NCBI GenBank assembly: GCA_013239625.1 | Contig: MU054220.1 | Span: forward strand, 1,231,509-1,295,508 | Direction: 5' to 3' | Length of the DNA stretch: 64,000 nt | DNA from: Lama guanicoe | Taxonomy: Eukaryota | In this document: positions 37,111 to 51,600 of the stretch, one piece after another | How positions within the stretch are numbered: the first letter of the stretch is position 1 | Layout of the letters: the number at the start of each line of letters is the position of its first letter | Notes under the pieces: generated by a model | Told to the model about the DNA's origin: nothing | The model's database searches: none | What the model saw: only the letters and a program-made list of their open reading frames with translations | Program-made: the position numbers and the translations under genes

Positions 37111-40100
37111 CTTCCAAACGATCAAACATGATCTGATAAGAATGACTAAACCACCAACACAATCCGCTGTCATCACCGTCCATGACGCTGACAGCAGCCG
37201 ACACTTATCAGGCGATCACTGGAGGCCCGGCGCCACTCCAGTTACGCAGATGAAGGACAGAGGTCAGGGGACCTGCCAAAGCAGGGCAGCCAGGTGGGAG
37301 GCCAGAACCGGACGGCAAAGCCAGACCTCCTCACTCTCCGCCAGTGCTCTTCCCACTGGGCTCGAGCCCTCACCCCACCACCAGCCTGGGGGTATCTGGT
37401 GTTCGCTTCCCCCCTCCACTGCAGTGTAAGTTAAGGAGCATGCTTTAGCAGTGCCTTTGCTCCCCTCTGAGCGCCTAGCACATAGCAGGTGCCCAGTCAA
37501 TACCTACAGGTTGGAGACGTAAGTCAAGTCCGCCAGGGCTTGTGCTGCCGGAGTCACGTGCTCTGTCATTTCACGCAGGCAGTCATAAGCTGACCCATGC
37601 GCATCCACAGACACTCCAGAACCAACTGCTTTATCGAATTAGCACCTAATCATTAGCTTCTAGAAAAATGTTTCTCAGTTGACAAGGTGGCAATGGAAGG
37701 GGGGATGGTCCTCCATTGTGAGAAATACTGCTCGTAATTTGTTTCTAAGCAGCGTACACATGGCTGGTATCTTGTCCAAGCAGAGCAAATCCAAAGCTTT
37801 CTCCTAATGGCCATCACCTGCAGGGTTCAACGGGCCTTTTTCACGAGGAGTTAAAGGGGCAAGTTTATAGCCGGGCCGGGGCCTCAGGCCAATGTGCAGA
37901 ATGGAGGTCCTGAGGACCACTACTGACCTTGAAGGAAAAAGAGAGAAAAAGGGATAAAGAAAGGGAAGTGAGAGAAGAGGGGGGCAGAGAAGAGGAAGAG
38001 GAAGAGGGAGAGAAAGAGGACTCAGGAGCTGGCTGGAGGCGGCCGGCCCACTGGTCGGTTAGATCGGTGGTTACCTGATGAGGTCATAACAAGACGGTGC
38101 AGAAGACTGCTGGAAACAGAGCAGAGGCCACCCTCCCATCCCAGAACTGATCTAAAGGAAAGGGGAAGCTATTCCTGTGGGTCTGGAGTCCTAGATCGAA
38201 CCACCTGTTCCACCCCTGGAGTCAAGACACCTCACCTTGTTTCAGCCTCCGTTCTTCTGTCCATCAAATGATATTGTCACCCCTGCCTTCTAACGTCACA
38301 GAACTGTTCAAAGATCCAATGAGATGGCATATCCTAGCCCTCTGCAGACTTCAAATTTTTCCTGTCTACAAGAGCACACTCTTAAGACAGTTTTTCAGAA
38401 GTAAGTGGCCCACTGTGATCACGTTGGCATCTCCCACAGCAGCGGGGAGAAGCACCAGCATTTCTGAACAGCACCCACGGGAATCCAGAAATAATGATGT
38501 TTGCTGCCGAAGACTACAACCTGCAGGCTGCACAGGGGAGATTCAACTCTACCCAACAGACCAGCTGTTCTCCAGGCTCCACTTCAACCCCCAGCAACCC
38601 GAGCACCAGAAAGCAAACTTCATCCTTTCGTGTGGCTGGCGGCCCGGAGACACCACCCTCTGATTGACAACCCTGAGCAGACGCGGGCTCTGGAGCAGAC
38701 TCCACCTGCTTGGCTCACTTAGTCTCATCTTGACACCAATCCTAAGGAAGCAGGTGCCTTTGAGAAATTTTTCAATCACCTAAAGGAAGGAAAGGTCAAA
38801 TCTGGGGCAAAGAGGGGAAAGAAAGTCACATAAACAACGCCACGTTTTTCACTTAGAGGAGGACAGTCGAGACCTGCCTTTAAGAAGAGGGCCGGGCCTG
38901 CGACTTTCCCCTCATCAGCAAACACTGCTACGGAATCTACCTAAACAAGACCCACCCCGCCCTAAGGTTTAGAAAGAGTTTTATTTTGTAGCCTAACTTT
39001 TTAAATACACACACACTTAACGCCTCACGGGGAAATAATAAAGATGCAAAGTTCTGACAATGCCAATAATATTATGACAACAGCCTATGTGCCAGGACCC
39101 TGTCTTCCTATGTCGTAAATCATCCTAGTAACACTCCTAAGAGATAAGGGACGCTCTTATCTCCATCTTACCAATTGGAAATTGAGGTTCAAACACAAGA
39201 AGCAAATTGCCCAAGATCATATGGTTAGTCTGCAGCCTGCTGGGATGTTTTCTCCAGGCCCCCTTTCCTCCTTCAGGCATGACTGGTCCAACTCAGAGCC
39301 CACATCCTCCCACTTGTTAGCAAGGAGGAACTGGCTCAATTGCACACTGAAGAAATCCTCCAAGGCAAACAGGGAAATGCCCTGCCCCAGCTCTGCGTGT
39401 CAACCTTCGTGATGTGGTCTCACAAACAGCCCTTGGTGGGGGAAACACGTCACCGCCCGCCCCAGACACTCACCCTCTAGAGTGGGGCAATCTGGTAGTG
39501 TTCGCTAAAATGCTGGAAGTCATGGGGAGAATGCAGCAGCGGGACAAAGACAACACTCGAAATGCAAAGCACCGGCCACCTGCTCACAGCCAAGCAGAGC
39601 TGAGGCTGCAGGGCTGACACCTCATGCGGGCACCAGAGGAAACCCGGCAGGGCAAGCCGGACCCCAGACCACAGCACGCAGAGCATCCCTGGCCACCTGA
39701 ACCAAACTTCCTGAACACTGAGGTGTGATGGATCAGAAACAGTGGTGGGGCTCCAGGGCTCAGTAAAACCACCAGTCAGGCCAGGCGGGTCAGGGTGGGT
39801 CTGGGGGCCAGCGCCCACCTCTCACAGTCGGTGAGGACACAGAGGTGCTCCAGGCTGCCCCGTCGGGCCCCTACCTGTCCCTGAGGAAGGCCACTGTGCC
39901 AGCTCTGGTCAGGGACATGACACCAAAGCCTCCTCCTTATGGATGACCTACAGGGACGGGGCAGAAGTGAAAGCCAGCAGGCCAGTCTCTGATTAGGCGC
40001 CAGGAGCTTTTCAAGAAGGGAGGCCAGTATGGGCCCGGGGTCCTGGGAAGGACAGACCATCTTTACTTCCTCCCTGAGGCTTGGGTGACAGGAGGACGGA

Positions 40101-43100
40101 GGAGAGAAAGGGGTATGTCAGGAAGAAGGGGAAGATGCATAGCATCTGGGGCTGTGAGTCTCGCCCACGTGGGCCGGGGCGCGTGGGACACAAAGACAGT
40201 GGTGCTGTGTATCCGCCCTCAAAGGCAGCTCCCAGCTGACCCAGGCTGCTCAACAGGCTGCATATTAAACAGCGTTTCCTTGACCCACGAGGACCAGGTG
40301 GGTAGGGAGGAGGGGACTGAACACCTACTTTGTATAACAATGGGTTTCCCCACATTTCACTTGAATAATAACAGTATTTACTGAGATCTGGTCATAAGGC
40401 AGCACTGCTCCCAGGATCTTTTATGTGACAGCCGGGGGCACGCTAGGATTAGCCCCCATCACAGGTGAGGAAATGAAGGTGCTGTACTTCAATGGCTGGT
40501 ACAAGGTCCTAGAGGTAGGATGTGCCAGAGCCAGGCCTGGGGCCCCCTCTTTTCTCTAACCCCCAGAAAAATCCCTCTCATTTACTGAAGATCACTAGGT
40601 GCCAGTCCCGGGCTAAGCAGATCACATCTATTCTCTCATTAAACCCTCACAGTAGCCCTCTGAATTAAATGCATCATCTCCATTTAAGAATCTATATGTG
40701 AGAAATTATACCACAATAAAGTTATTTAAAAAAGCTAAAAGAATTTATATGTGTACAGTATGACATCAACTAGATTATCTTCTTGCATTAAAAAAAAGTA
40801 CTGAAGAGACACCAGATCATTAACAGTGGTCTCCCCGGGTAGTCAGTTACAGGCGACGTTTTTTTGTTTGCTTGTTTCTGTACCTGACATCATTTCCAAG
40901 CTTCCTTTTACAAATGAAAAAAAAAATGGGATTTTAATTCCACATAACACACAGCTGGGAATAATAACAACCCAAATAAAAATGTTCAAAGCCGTCTCCA
41001 ACACAGGAGACGGCTTCCTGGCTGCACGAGGCAGGGATGACACACAGAACAGGGTGGCACCGAGGTGAAGAGATACCGCGTGTCACCTGAACGCGTAATA
41101 GCTGATAAAGCTCCATAAGCAAAGCATGTCGGCCGACTTGGCTGATGCCAACACAACGTAAATGTTCTTAATGTGATCCACCAGGATGGAAACTGCATTT
41201 GCTAAGATCACCCCAAGCCAAACATAACAAGCATGGGTACAGAAGCCACAGGGACTCCTGCCCCTGCACACAGACATCTAACGCATCCACCCTGGAGGAC
41301 GCGGGAGAGCTCAGACGACAACGCTCAAATGTCGTGGCAGAGAGAAGACCAGAGGACTGTCTGGAGTCGGGAAGCCCAGCAGTGATCACCACCACCAGTG
41401 GGGGCCCCGCTGAAGGCCAAGAGCAAAGGTGGGCATCCTCCAAACACCACTTGGCCCAGGTCTCTAGGAGAAGCCTGTGGCAGCAAGTTAGGGGCACGTG
41501 GGGCCAGTTGCCAAGTTCTGTGCTTCCTTCATCTGTGAACATATGGAGTCACTAAACTGTCACTAGGAGAGCCTGGGACAGCTCGGCAGAGGCCGGGCCG
41601 TTCCCTTCCCACAGATAATTTATGTCAGTCATTACAGGGCTTAGGGAAGGAGCATGGGATGGTCTCTGGTCTTTAAATCTGACAGTGCATCATGAGAATT
41701 TCCACATGCTTGCGACTCTGTGATCTCTTTGTTAAAAGGCTGCCTCGCCATGCTCCCAGATGAGAGAGAAAATGCCTGTCAGTCATCTTGGAAGAGGCGG
41801 GCAGGCCCTCTCGAGAAAGGGAAGAGCCCCCAAGCCGTGCGCGGAGCACTGGACCCTGGGCAGACCCTCCTCATCCCAGCCTCCAAGGACCTGAGCCTGG
41901 GACAGGGTGCGGGGGGGGGGGGCAGGGACAGAAATTAGATCTGTGAAATCCTTCAACAGCTGAAGCGCAAGATCACAACAGAGGGCTAGGAAACCAGCAC
42001 AAGTGACGGCTGCTGTTACTCAGAATCACAGGTAGTAAAGGTAGGAACCCTGCTAAAACTAAAACTGACGGGTGTCACTCACTGACGTATCATAAGAGCC
42101 TGTTTACTAGTGGGCGCAAGGGGGGAGAGAAGAGGGTTTCCTTGGCTCTTGAGCCAAAATCTCTCCTAAACCAAGTCATCTCGTTAAGTCCACGTGTTAA
42201 CTCCTTAGGTAGGTGCCCCAATTTCACAGACAAGAGATCGGCTCCTAAGTGGCAGAGGCAGAATCTGAACACAGGTGTGGTTAGCTCTAAACCATCCTCT
42301 CTGGGTGTTAGGGGCGTCACCTCAGCTTTGCTGTGTGACCTTGGGCAAGTCACATGCTTTCTCTGAGTCTCATGTTCCTCATTCGTAAAATAAGGAGAAC
42401 AGGCCTTGACTGATTTCTAAGGCCCCTTCTAGCTCTGACGTTTCATGGACTTAGCTACCAGGGGTTTGGGTTTCGCAGGTCAACGCAGTTTCAAACATTA
42501 AACACACAAAGCATGAAGGGGCAACCCAAGGGTCAGAACTTCTTACTTTGCCAAAGGGCACTTATTGCCTACTTGTTTCACCAGAGGAAATACCTCCCCC
42601 TAAAAATATAGGAAGGACATAATTCTGATGAAAGAATGATCCTCTGACTGAGTTAGGGTCATGAGAACCTCAGTACATTTGCCTTACTTTTCTCTTTTTA
42701 ACACAGAAACTTTTAACTGGAAACTTTTCACAGACTGTGTTGGTCTGTAGACCAGTGTCTGGGAACCACAAAAATTAAGTTGCCTTGCCTGGCACACTGG
42801 AAAAACTCAATGCATCTTAGTTGCAGAATAAACCGATATAATGTGAGTTATATAAGTTAATTATCAAGACTGTTAAAGAGAAATAGCACTGATCATAATA
42901 ATGCATTACTTTAATTTTTCTGTTGTTGTTGAAGCAGGCAAGACACTCGGTGCTTTGCATGGACTGGTTCATTTAATTCTCCATATTCGATTTTTGCTCT
43001 TTTTCTATCAACGTGTGCGGTTCTCCAGGGGCACAATGATAGGGAAATCGTTTCAGATTGGTAAAAACAGATTTCAGTGTATTTCATGGGCTCAGCATCG

Positions 43101-43854
43101 AGAAACACACACACAGACACTCTTTTAAAAAGCACTGTTGCACTGAGAAGAGGAGCAGGAAGTTATAGAGGAGCAATAAAAACAAACACACACATTCAGT
43201 GTCTTCCTGCAGACCAGCTGCTCAGCCGGGAAGGCCAGGTGGCCCCAGGCCACTGACTCCTGTTGCTCAATAAATCCCAGGAAAGGGCCGAGGTGAGGTC
43301 AGGGTTGCAGCATGGAGTGAGCAGGACAAGAAGCTGCAGTCTGCAGGCTGGAGACAGGCTGGGACCCAGAATCAAACCCGTGTGAATTGCCTCAGGGCTC
43401 AAGTAGAAAGCCTCAGGTTGCCCAAATGCAAGATGCATCACTCCCTGCCTCCCAGGAAAAGTTTGTTCAGCTTTAAGCCTCATCTTCTCCCTGAAACCTT
43501 CTCTCCCTGTTTCAAGTCTCATACATCTTTTGGAGAGGGGCGAACAGAGCTAACCCATGGAGGAAACCAGAGGAGACTCAACACGTTCTCTTCCACCCAC
43601 TCCCAGGAGCCAGTTTTCAACACATGAGAAAAGCAAAGCCCAGAGAGACAGCAACTTCCCCAAAGCCATACGGCTGGAAGGCGCACATTTCATTCAAAGG
43701 TACCCCTGCCACAGGGGATACTCGATAAAGCCCCGTTGCTCACCTGGACAAGAATCCTGTGCGAGCTACAGGATCAGCACAGATCCTTCCACAGCCTGGG
43801 GGCTCTGTCTAGACCAGCGCTGCATTTTTTTGGAGGGAGGGGGAGGCAAGCAAT

Positions 43855-44132
43855 TTTTTTTTAATTGAAGTATAGTCAATTTGCAATACTGTGTTAATTT
43901 CTGGTGTACAGCATAGTGATTCAGTTAGACATATATATAGTCCTTCTCATATTCTTTTTCATTATAGGTCATTACAAGGTATTAAATATAGTTCCCTGTA
44001 CTACATAGCAGGACCTTGTTGTTTATCTATTTTATATATAGTAGTTAGTATCTGCAAATCTCGAACTCCCAATTTATCCCTCCCCACCCCCTTTCCCCCC
44101 TGGTATCCACAAGTTTGTTTTCTATGTCTGTG
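43855..44132 (-). mobile_element. L1 3'UTR fragment
   Basis: tttttaattgaagtatagtcaattt...tatagttccctgtactacatagcaggaccttgttgtttat...aagtttgttttctatgtctgtg. Confidence 0.85.
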
Positions 44133-44136
44133 TTAG

Positions 44137-44990
44137 ACCAGCACTTCTTAAACTGTTCGGACCTCTTTATGTTTTTAAAAATGATTGAGGACCACAAAGA
44201 GCTTTTGTTTATAATAAACCTATTACCTGTTAACAAAAATAACATCGTTATGGAAATGGTATTTTCTAATACAGGGAAAAAAATGTATGAGAGGAGCGGC
44301 ATTATTTTAGATTCGTGCAAGTCTCTTTAATGTCTGGCTGCACAAGAGAAGCTGGATTCCCATGTATGTTTCTGCGATCCCTCTATTACAATACGGTTTG
44401 AGGGGGCTGAAATGGGTGCAGAAATTCTGGCCTCATCCACAAACACGTAGTCGGGAAAAAGCGTTTTCACGGTCTTTTCTGTACTTGTGGATGTTTTCCT
44501 TTGATACTACACAAAAACTCGACAAGTAGTAGGCAGTTTCTTAAAAGTCAGCTGCAAAGTGGAATCTGAAACCATGTCAGTGATTTTTTAAATTTATATT
44601 TAAATGTTATTTTACCTTTTTTTTTTTTTTTAGTGGAGGTACCGGGGGTCAAACCCAGGACCTCGTGCATGCAAAACACACAGTCTACCACTGAGCTATA
44701 CCGTCCCTCCATTGGGATCTTTCATATCCGGTTACGTGAAAACCCATTGCTCTTTGCACCCACTACACTTTGCATAGCTATTTTTAGCCCACATGGCTTT
44801 GTGCCATCCTGTGTTGGTTACTTGGAAAATACTGGTTCACCGAGATTTGCACTTAGGAGAGATCTGCACTCTCAAGTGAAAGGGCGACAGTTTCATATTA
44901 TTATGGAAACAGCTTTGACCACGCAGATCTGCTGAAAGGGTCCCAAGAAGGCCCAGCGGTCCCAGGACCACTCTTCGAAAACCAACGGTA
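44137..44990 (-). mobile_element. hAT-Charlie1-like DNA transposon remnant containing a SINE
   Basis: Ends cagcacttcttaaact... and ...cccaggaccactcttcgaaaaccaacgg. Internal gaggaccacaaagagcttttgtttat resembles the element at 3545-3870. Confidence 0.6.
44617..44710 (-). mobile_element. tRNA-Ala-derived SINE
   Basis: Poly-T, then tggaggtaccgggggtcaaacccaggacctcgtgcatgc...ctaccactgagctatacc. Confidence 0.88.
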
Positions 44991-47900
44991 AGACGTTCAC
45001 ACCCAGTGAATGTAAGTGTCCATTCGTTCGTTCATTCCGCAGCTGTTCACTGGACACCCGCTGCATCTGACCCAGGTGCTGGGCATTCTGCGGTGAACAA
45101 AACAAAGCCCTGCCCAGTGCAGCTCACAGCCTCACGGAGAAGGCAGACCATACATCAGGAAACAAGAACACGCACACGACAACGTCAGGAGGTGGGAAGT
45201 GCTGATGGGAAAAGGAACGCTGAGCCAGACGTTTGCACGTGGGCATGCGGTCTCCCTGGGATGCCTAATTCAGCCAGCCTGGGATTTGCTAATTTAAGGG
45301 TTTCACAATAAAATATGGGATTTTTTTTTAATGGCAAAATACTTGTGGACACAGGCGGGGGTGGGAGTCAGGGGGACGACCTACCCTAGAAGAACTGAAA
45401 GCTCACCACTGAGGCTGGATTCCTTTCCAACTGCTCCAGGAGGGGCAAACCTCAGAAGTCGCCACACTGGGAGGCTTCAGCCCCTCCAGCAGGCTGACCA
45501 CACCCTCCCCGCTGCCACACTTCATCGCTCGGGCAGCCTCTTGCACGTGGAGCACATTCATTGTTGTGCACGAGCCTCACATGACTCCTTGAGAGGTGGG
45601 TATCATTCAGTTCTTCTACAGATGAGGAAACTGAATCTGGGAGAGGTTAATAAGGAACACGCCTATTACGTAACGAACTCGGAACTTGAACCGAAGTCCC
45701 CAGGCTCCTCTGTGCCGTTTGTTCTACCCTACAGATTGTTCCCATTTCCTTAATCTCTGATCTTCCTTCACGGATGGGTTGGCACTACTGGCCACATGTT
45801 CCCTAAAAGGGTTAACTCCAAAATTCAAGCTTCCTGAGCCTTCATCCGTTGCATCAGACCAACAACAGGGCCCTGTGCTCAATCTCGGCCCTTTCAGGAG
45901 AGGAAACAAGCTTCCTTACTCTGCCCCCTCACCCCACCCATTTTACAGATGGAAAAGCCAGCCCGGAACCCAGAAGCCACTCCCCGAATCTCACAATGAG
46001 TCAGAGGTGTGACCCGGGCCAAAGCCAGTTCTCTTGTCTTCCTGCAAAGCCCTGGCCGCAGCCCGGCCCAATTCTCTCTTTTTAACATCCCAGGAGGCCC
46101 CGTTGAACAAGAGCCACACATTTGTGGCAGCCAATCCACACATAACCCAGCCAGGGAAGTGACTATTTCAAGAGTAAAGGGGCATATATAGCCATGGCCC
46201 TCGGCGGCCACCCAGAGTACAGCCAGCCCTGCGACGTCCGCCAACCCCAAACCCCACATCGAGCTTCCTCCCCTCCCAGTCCGCCTGGCGAGCGCAGTTC
46301 CCACCAAGGTTTAAAAAAGAAGTAACAGTTCCCTTCTGCCTGACTGGCCGGCACATTCCACTGACTCAGACTGTTCTGGGCACCACGGAGAAGACACTGT
46401 TCATCTTCCCTGGGCTGAGAACTGGCCCACATCCGGACCTGTCACTAGCAGGAGGGGGCACTTGGCGTCTCAGCAGAAGCAAATGAATGGAGTGCTATTT
46501 TTAACCTTGGGTTCCCGTCTTTCCTCCAGAAGGCGCAGCACCTGTGCCAGAGCTGCTCCAAGTGTGGCCTGCAGACCACCCGCGTCAAGATACACCTGGC
46601 GCTTCAGGGAAACTCAGATGCTGGGATCTCCCCCCGCCCACTGCAAACCTAGGAGTAGTCACCAGGGGTGGAACTCAGGAGTCTGAATCTTTAACAGGGT
46701 CCTCAAGTGACTCTTTTGCAAAAATAAAGTTTGAGAACCATGGACAATCTAGGTCCGTATTAATTCACTCACTCAACATTTGCCAAGTGCCCGTGAAGTA
46801 GGAATACAAAAATAAATGCATGTGCTCTTAGCCTGGGAGTCCAAGGGAGTCACAAAAGAGCACAAATTGCTGAAGACAGAGCATGAAGTACCAAAGGAAC
46901 ACAGAGGTGGGAGAAATCAATTCTGCTGGGGATGGAGGGCAGGAGAGTCACAGGCAGCTTCACAAAAAAGGGAATCCTGGAGCTGAGGTCAAGAGAGTGG
47001 GGACAAGGATGCTCTGGAACTATCAGCCTTCACCCTGACTGGCCTTTAGCATTCCCTTTGGCTTGACCAAAACCAAGATGGTGTCCCACCTATCCTCACC
47101 TAACCCAGCATCCTCCTGACCTCTCGAAGGCACATGGTACACCTCTGATGAATGAACAGAAATAGAGGACGGATTCAACACTATGGAAACAGGAGCTAGG
47201 AAGCCGCTCAGAAGAGTTTTCTGTGCACCTGTTGATGAAGAACACAGCCTCTAGAGTGAGACTAGGGTCTGATGAGCATTTCCAGTTATTGGGTCCTAGG
47301 CAGTTTGCCTTTCTAAGCCTCGCTCTCCTCATCTGTAAAATGGGGACAGTAACTACTTCCCATCATGGCAGGGAAGAGGAAGTCAGCATATGAAGGATCT
47401 GGCTCATAGCCTGGCACATGGTACAGGTTCAAAAAACGTTAAGAGTTGTTTAGTAATAAAAAGAAGAAAAGGCCTGTGATTAAACCCAAGTACCATCACT
47501 AAGCAGCGGTGGTAACTAGATCCTTCCTGGGCCTCAGGTGTCCCACCTGCAAAACGAGAGGCTTAGACCAGACCCTCTCTAACAGCTCTTCGAGGAATGG
47601 GATCCATTTTTCTACCAGGGCTAAGAGACTGTTAAGTCCTCACGGTCTGCCCTGGACTGCTGGGCATGCTCACGCTGACTCTCAGCTTCAGAGGCGCCCG
47701 TCTGGCACTCCTAAGGCTGGGTGGAAGTCATGCCTTTTCCCTGATGAGGGACATGCCTCAGGGTATTTGCTTTCCTCTCCAGCCTCCCTTTTCACCCGGG
47801 CTTCTTCTTTGTATCTTTTCCTACTCAAAGAGCTCTGGAGGTGACACTCCCCGCAGCAGGCAGGCACAGGACAGTGGGGAAGCTGACCTCCCAGCCTTCC

Positions 47901-48351
47901 TCACTCGGGGCTACAGGGAGTCATCGGCTTCCTATCTCATCCCCAGAGGCAGGGAAAAGATGTGTCAACACCAGCCAGTCAAGTGTGGGCCTCTCAGCTT
48001 CACTCCTTTCTTGTCCTGCCCCATCAGCAGCTGGCAAGCTACCCAGCAAGCTGTCCTCGGTCTGGGTGTGAGGAACCCCGCACTGGGCCCAGAGCCACGC
48101 GGGTGGTGTGGAGTTTCTCTAAGACTAACCCAGGTCCCCCATCACACAGCATATAGTCCTTTTACTTTTCCACGCTCCCTGCCCTAGCGATGCCCACATC
48201 TAGGGTGCTGCCACCAAGACACAGAGTCACACAGAAGCAGGCAACAGCAACTACTTAGAAATAACGCTCCTACATAGCATCTTCCTCTAAAACGTCCCTT
48301 GGTCCTGTCCATCCCTCCCTTTCCAGCCTCTCGCATCCTGGTTGATCGACT

Positions 48352-48615
48352 CCAGGGCTCAGCAAGCTCATTCTGTGCGGGGATGGAGAGTAAATATTTT
48401 AGCCCTTGCGGGCCACACGGTCACAGTTGCAGCTACTCAAGGCTGACATGCTTGTGTGGAAGCAGCCACAGAAAATATGCAAACAAATAAGCCTGGTTGT
48501 GTTCCAACAAGACTGCACTTACGACACCGACACCTGAACTTCATGGAACTCCCACCTGTCATGGTGTATCTTCTTAGCCCTCTGGCCTTGCATAAACAGG
48601 TGGCAGGCCTGGTCT
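48352..48615 (+). mobile_element. MER58-like hAT MITE
   Basis: cagggctcagcaagc...agtaaatattttagccc...gcagccacagaaaatatg...tgtgttccaacaagact. Confidence 0.6.
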
Positions 48616-51600
48616 ACACCCTGTCACTTCATTCACCGGAGACCTCGCCAATGTTCTCCTACCTGACCTTCCCAGCACATTTTAAGGATGCCCCTTAAAT
48701 CCATCCTGCTCACTCCTACCCGGGCAGATCTTCTGACAAATTCCACCTTAGTCATCTCATTCCCCTTCTACAAATGGCCCAGCATCTTGGCTGGCACATG
48801 AGGACTATCCTCAAGGCTCCAAAACACTTTTCACGCTTGTCTCCTAATCAGACTGAACTGCCTAAGTCCCTCCTCTTCAATTTTGCAAATAAACGGTCTC
48901 ATCTGTCTAGATTTGACTCAGACCGCGCCCTTAAAACCTTCCCTGATCACCTAACCTCAACTGAGTCTCAATTCCTACAGCAGCTGTTTATGCCACTCAC
49001 TTAGCCCCCAAAGGCCTTAAAATTAGCAGGGATAAGAGTGTAAATAGATAATTACCAAAGAACAAAGTGAACATTCTAATTGGTGTTCACAGAGTCATCC
49101 TGGAGAAGCAAGCAACCAGCTGAGGGAAAATTGGAAGAAGGCTCTATAAAAGACTTACCCCTTAAACCAGGTCTTGAAGGGTGAGCCAGCCAGTAAGACG
49201 TAAGGGTTTGGCAGCACGGAATGAAGCATTCCAGGCTGGAAAGATTAGTGCAAAGGCCTGGGTGGGGCAGGGGGTGTATGGGCAGGTGGCAAACGTCTGA
49301 TCACAAGGAGCTTCTTGGCTCAGGAACATGCCCGCTAAGGCTGCTAGGTGAGGCTCGGCATGCTGCTGACGCACAGTAGGCCTTCAGTAAATATATCTGG
49401 AGACTACTGTAGACACTGGGAGGGTTCCAGTTCTCATTCCTGGAAGAGTCAGTGACTCCAAGCCTCAGAAAGTCAACAATCGAGAGCATCAAAGGGTTGA
49501 TGACGGGAGAACCCTGGTCTCTAATCTCCTGCTCCCTGGCTCAGCCCACACCCACAGCTCAAAGGAGAACCGAGTGTGAGGTCTCATGAGGCCCAAGCCC
49601 CGTTCTCTGCTATGTAACCTGCAAACCCACTTGGCCATTTTGGAAAATGTTGCACATAAGACTATATTTCCGTCCTCAGCTCTTGCAACTAGGACAAAAC
49701 AGCAGAAGTCTTTTTTTTTTTTCCTTTTAAGAAAAAGATTTGTTCTTTTCCACCAATTGTAAACTTGCTTTCATTTTATTTAAGATAGCGTAACTTTTTT
49801 TGGAATTACACTGGCTTATATTTGATTTTTTTTTTAAAGAAGCAGATGTTTCTTTAACCCTCCCCCCTTCCCCTTTAAAAGGATTATAAAAATAGAAGTC
49901 CCAAAAAACTCTTAAATGCAACCAAAACAAGGTCTTCCATTGATGCCAACTCCTATAAGCATCAGTGGCGAGCAATTCTCGGCCAAGGGGGCTTTGAAGT
50001 CAACTCTTTGAAGTGAGCTTGGTGCTTTCTCCATTAAGAAGTAAAAATGGAAGCTAAAAGATAGGGGAAGGCAGAAATACAAGGATGAAAAGGGGGAAGA
50101 AGGCCCTTTTGAACACAAGCGCTCTCCAATTTTATCCCTTAACTGGAATAATTCCAGATCAACTTGACTCTATGGAAACTGGCAACAAAAAGCCCTATTT
50201 ATGTAAAAGCACTGTGTGCTAGGCACTCCTGGGGAAACAAAGACAAGACAGTCTTCTTTCATAAGATTATAATTTATAAAAACAAAATAAGACAAAAACA
50301 AAACTCTAACACAATAGTAAATGTAAAAGCCATTAAGGTAACAGAAGAGATGACACCAGTGCTTGGGGAGAACCTAAGAGGGGAAGTCAGCTACACTGTG
50401 TGGTGGAAATTAGGTATTCTATGGCTCTGAGAACAAGAATTGATCATTCCTCAGATAAACACACAGGCGGTAATGTGAACACAGGTCAAGCTGCCATGTT
50501 CTCCCCAGAGTAGTCTCAGCAAAAGGAAAAGTATGCCCAGCTGGGTGGAAAAGACCATGGGAGGTTTCATGAACAAGGGGCCTTCGAGATGGACAGTAGA
50601 TGACAGGGACTTTAGGAGACAGAGGGGGAAAGGGAGAACATTCCACGCAGAAGGCCCCACACCTGACACTTAGGAAACAATGAGCAGGCTGGCTGACCTA
50701 GAACTTGGCCTGCGTCTAGGGGAGTCAGGCTGGGTCAGGACTCACGGGAGAGGGCGTGGGGCACCAAGGTGAAATGTGACAGCAGCCACCAAGGGCTGCA
50801 GAGCAGGTAAGGGACACGATCAGACCTCAAAATACTCTTCGAGTTCTCTGGAAAAGCTGTAAGGGGCTAGAGCACAGGTGCAGGTTGAAAACAGAAACCA
50901 CAGAATCTTAGAGATTCACTCTCTCAAAGATTCTGTTTTCCTCAAGCAAATGCCACATCTGGCACGTTCTCGCTGACTCCTGTTTGCAAAGAAAACCCCT
51001 GTCTGACAGCAGTCACTGTTGCCCTAGCTCTGCCTTTACTGTGCCTGCTTCATGTGTCAAACCCGCATAAAATACACAGAAGGTGAGATTCTCCCCTGTG
51101 GAGAGCACTGAGTCCTAACCCTCGTTCAGTAAAATTGCATATTTTCATCAATTATTCCAGTAAGTGCCTTACTATTCACAAAAATACCTTAAAACTATGC
51201 CAGATTGCACTTGAGAGAACATCAAACAAGCCACTCAAAAATACATTGAAGCCCTGACCCAAGGACTAAGGTTCAAAGTCTCCACAACAGTCGTGTTAAC
51301 ACTAGACTTTAGTTTCGCCCAAACCGCCCGGTGCGTTACAAGAAGAAAAGGTCCAATGACCCCACTCGATAAAGAAGGAAACTGAGGCTCAGAAAGGTGC
51401 CCTGCCCAAGTTCACAGGACAGGTGGGAAGAGACTGTACCACAACCTAAATAATGCTCATTAATATAATGCATTCTTGCCTAGAATCTAAACACTGAATA
51501 TTAATTTGGGTCCCATGCTAGACAGTTACAATTCAGGCATGCTATACGTGATTTCTATTTAGTAAAAGGCTCTAAATATACCGACACGTGAATTCGTCCA

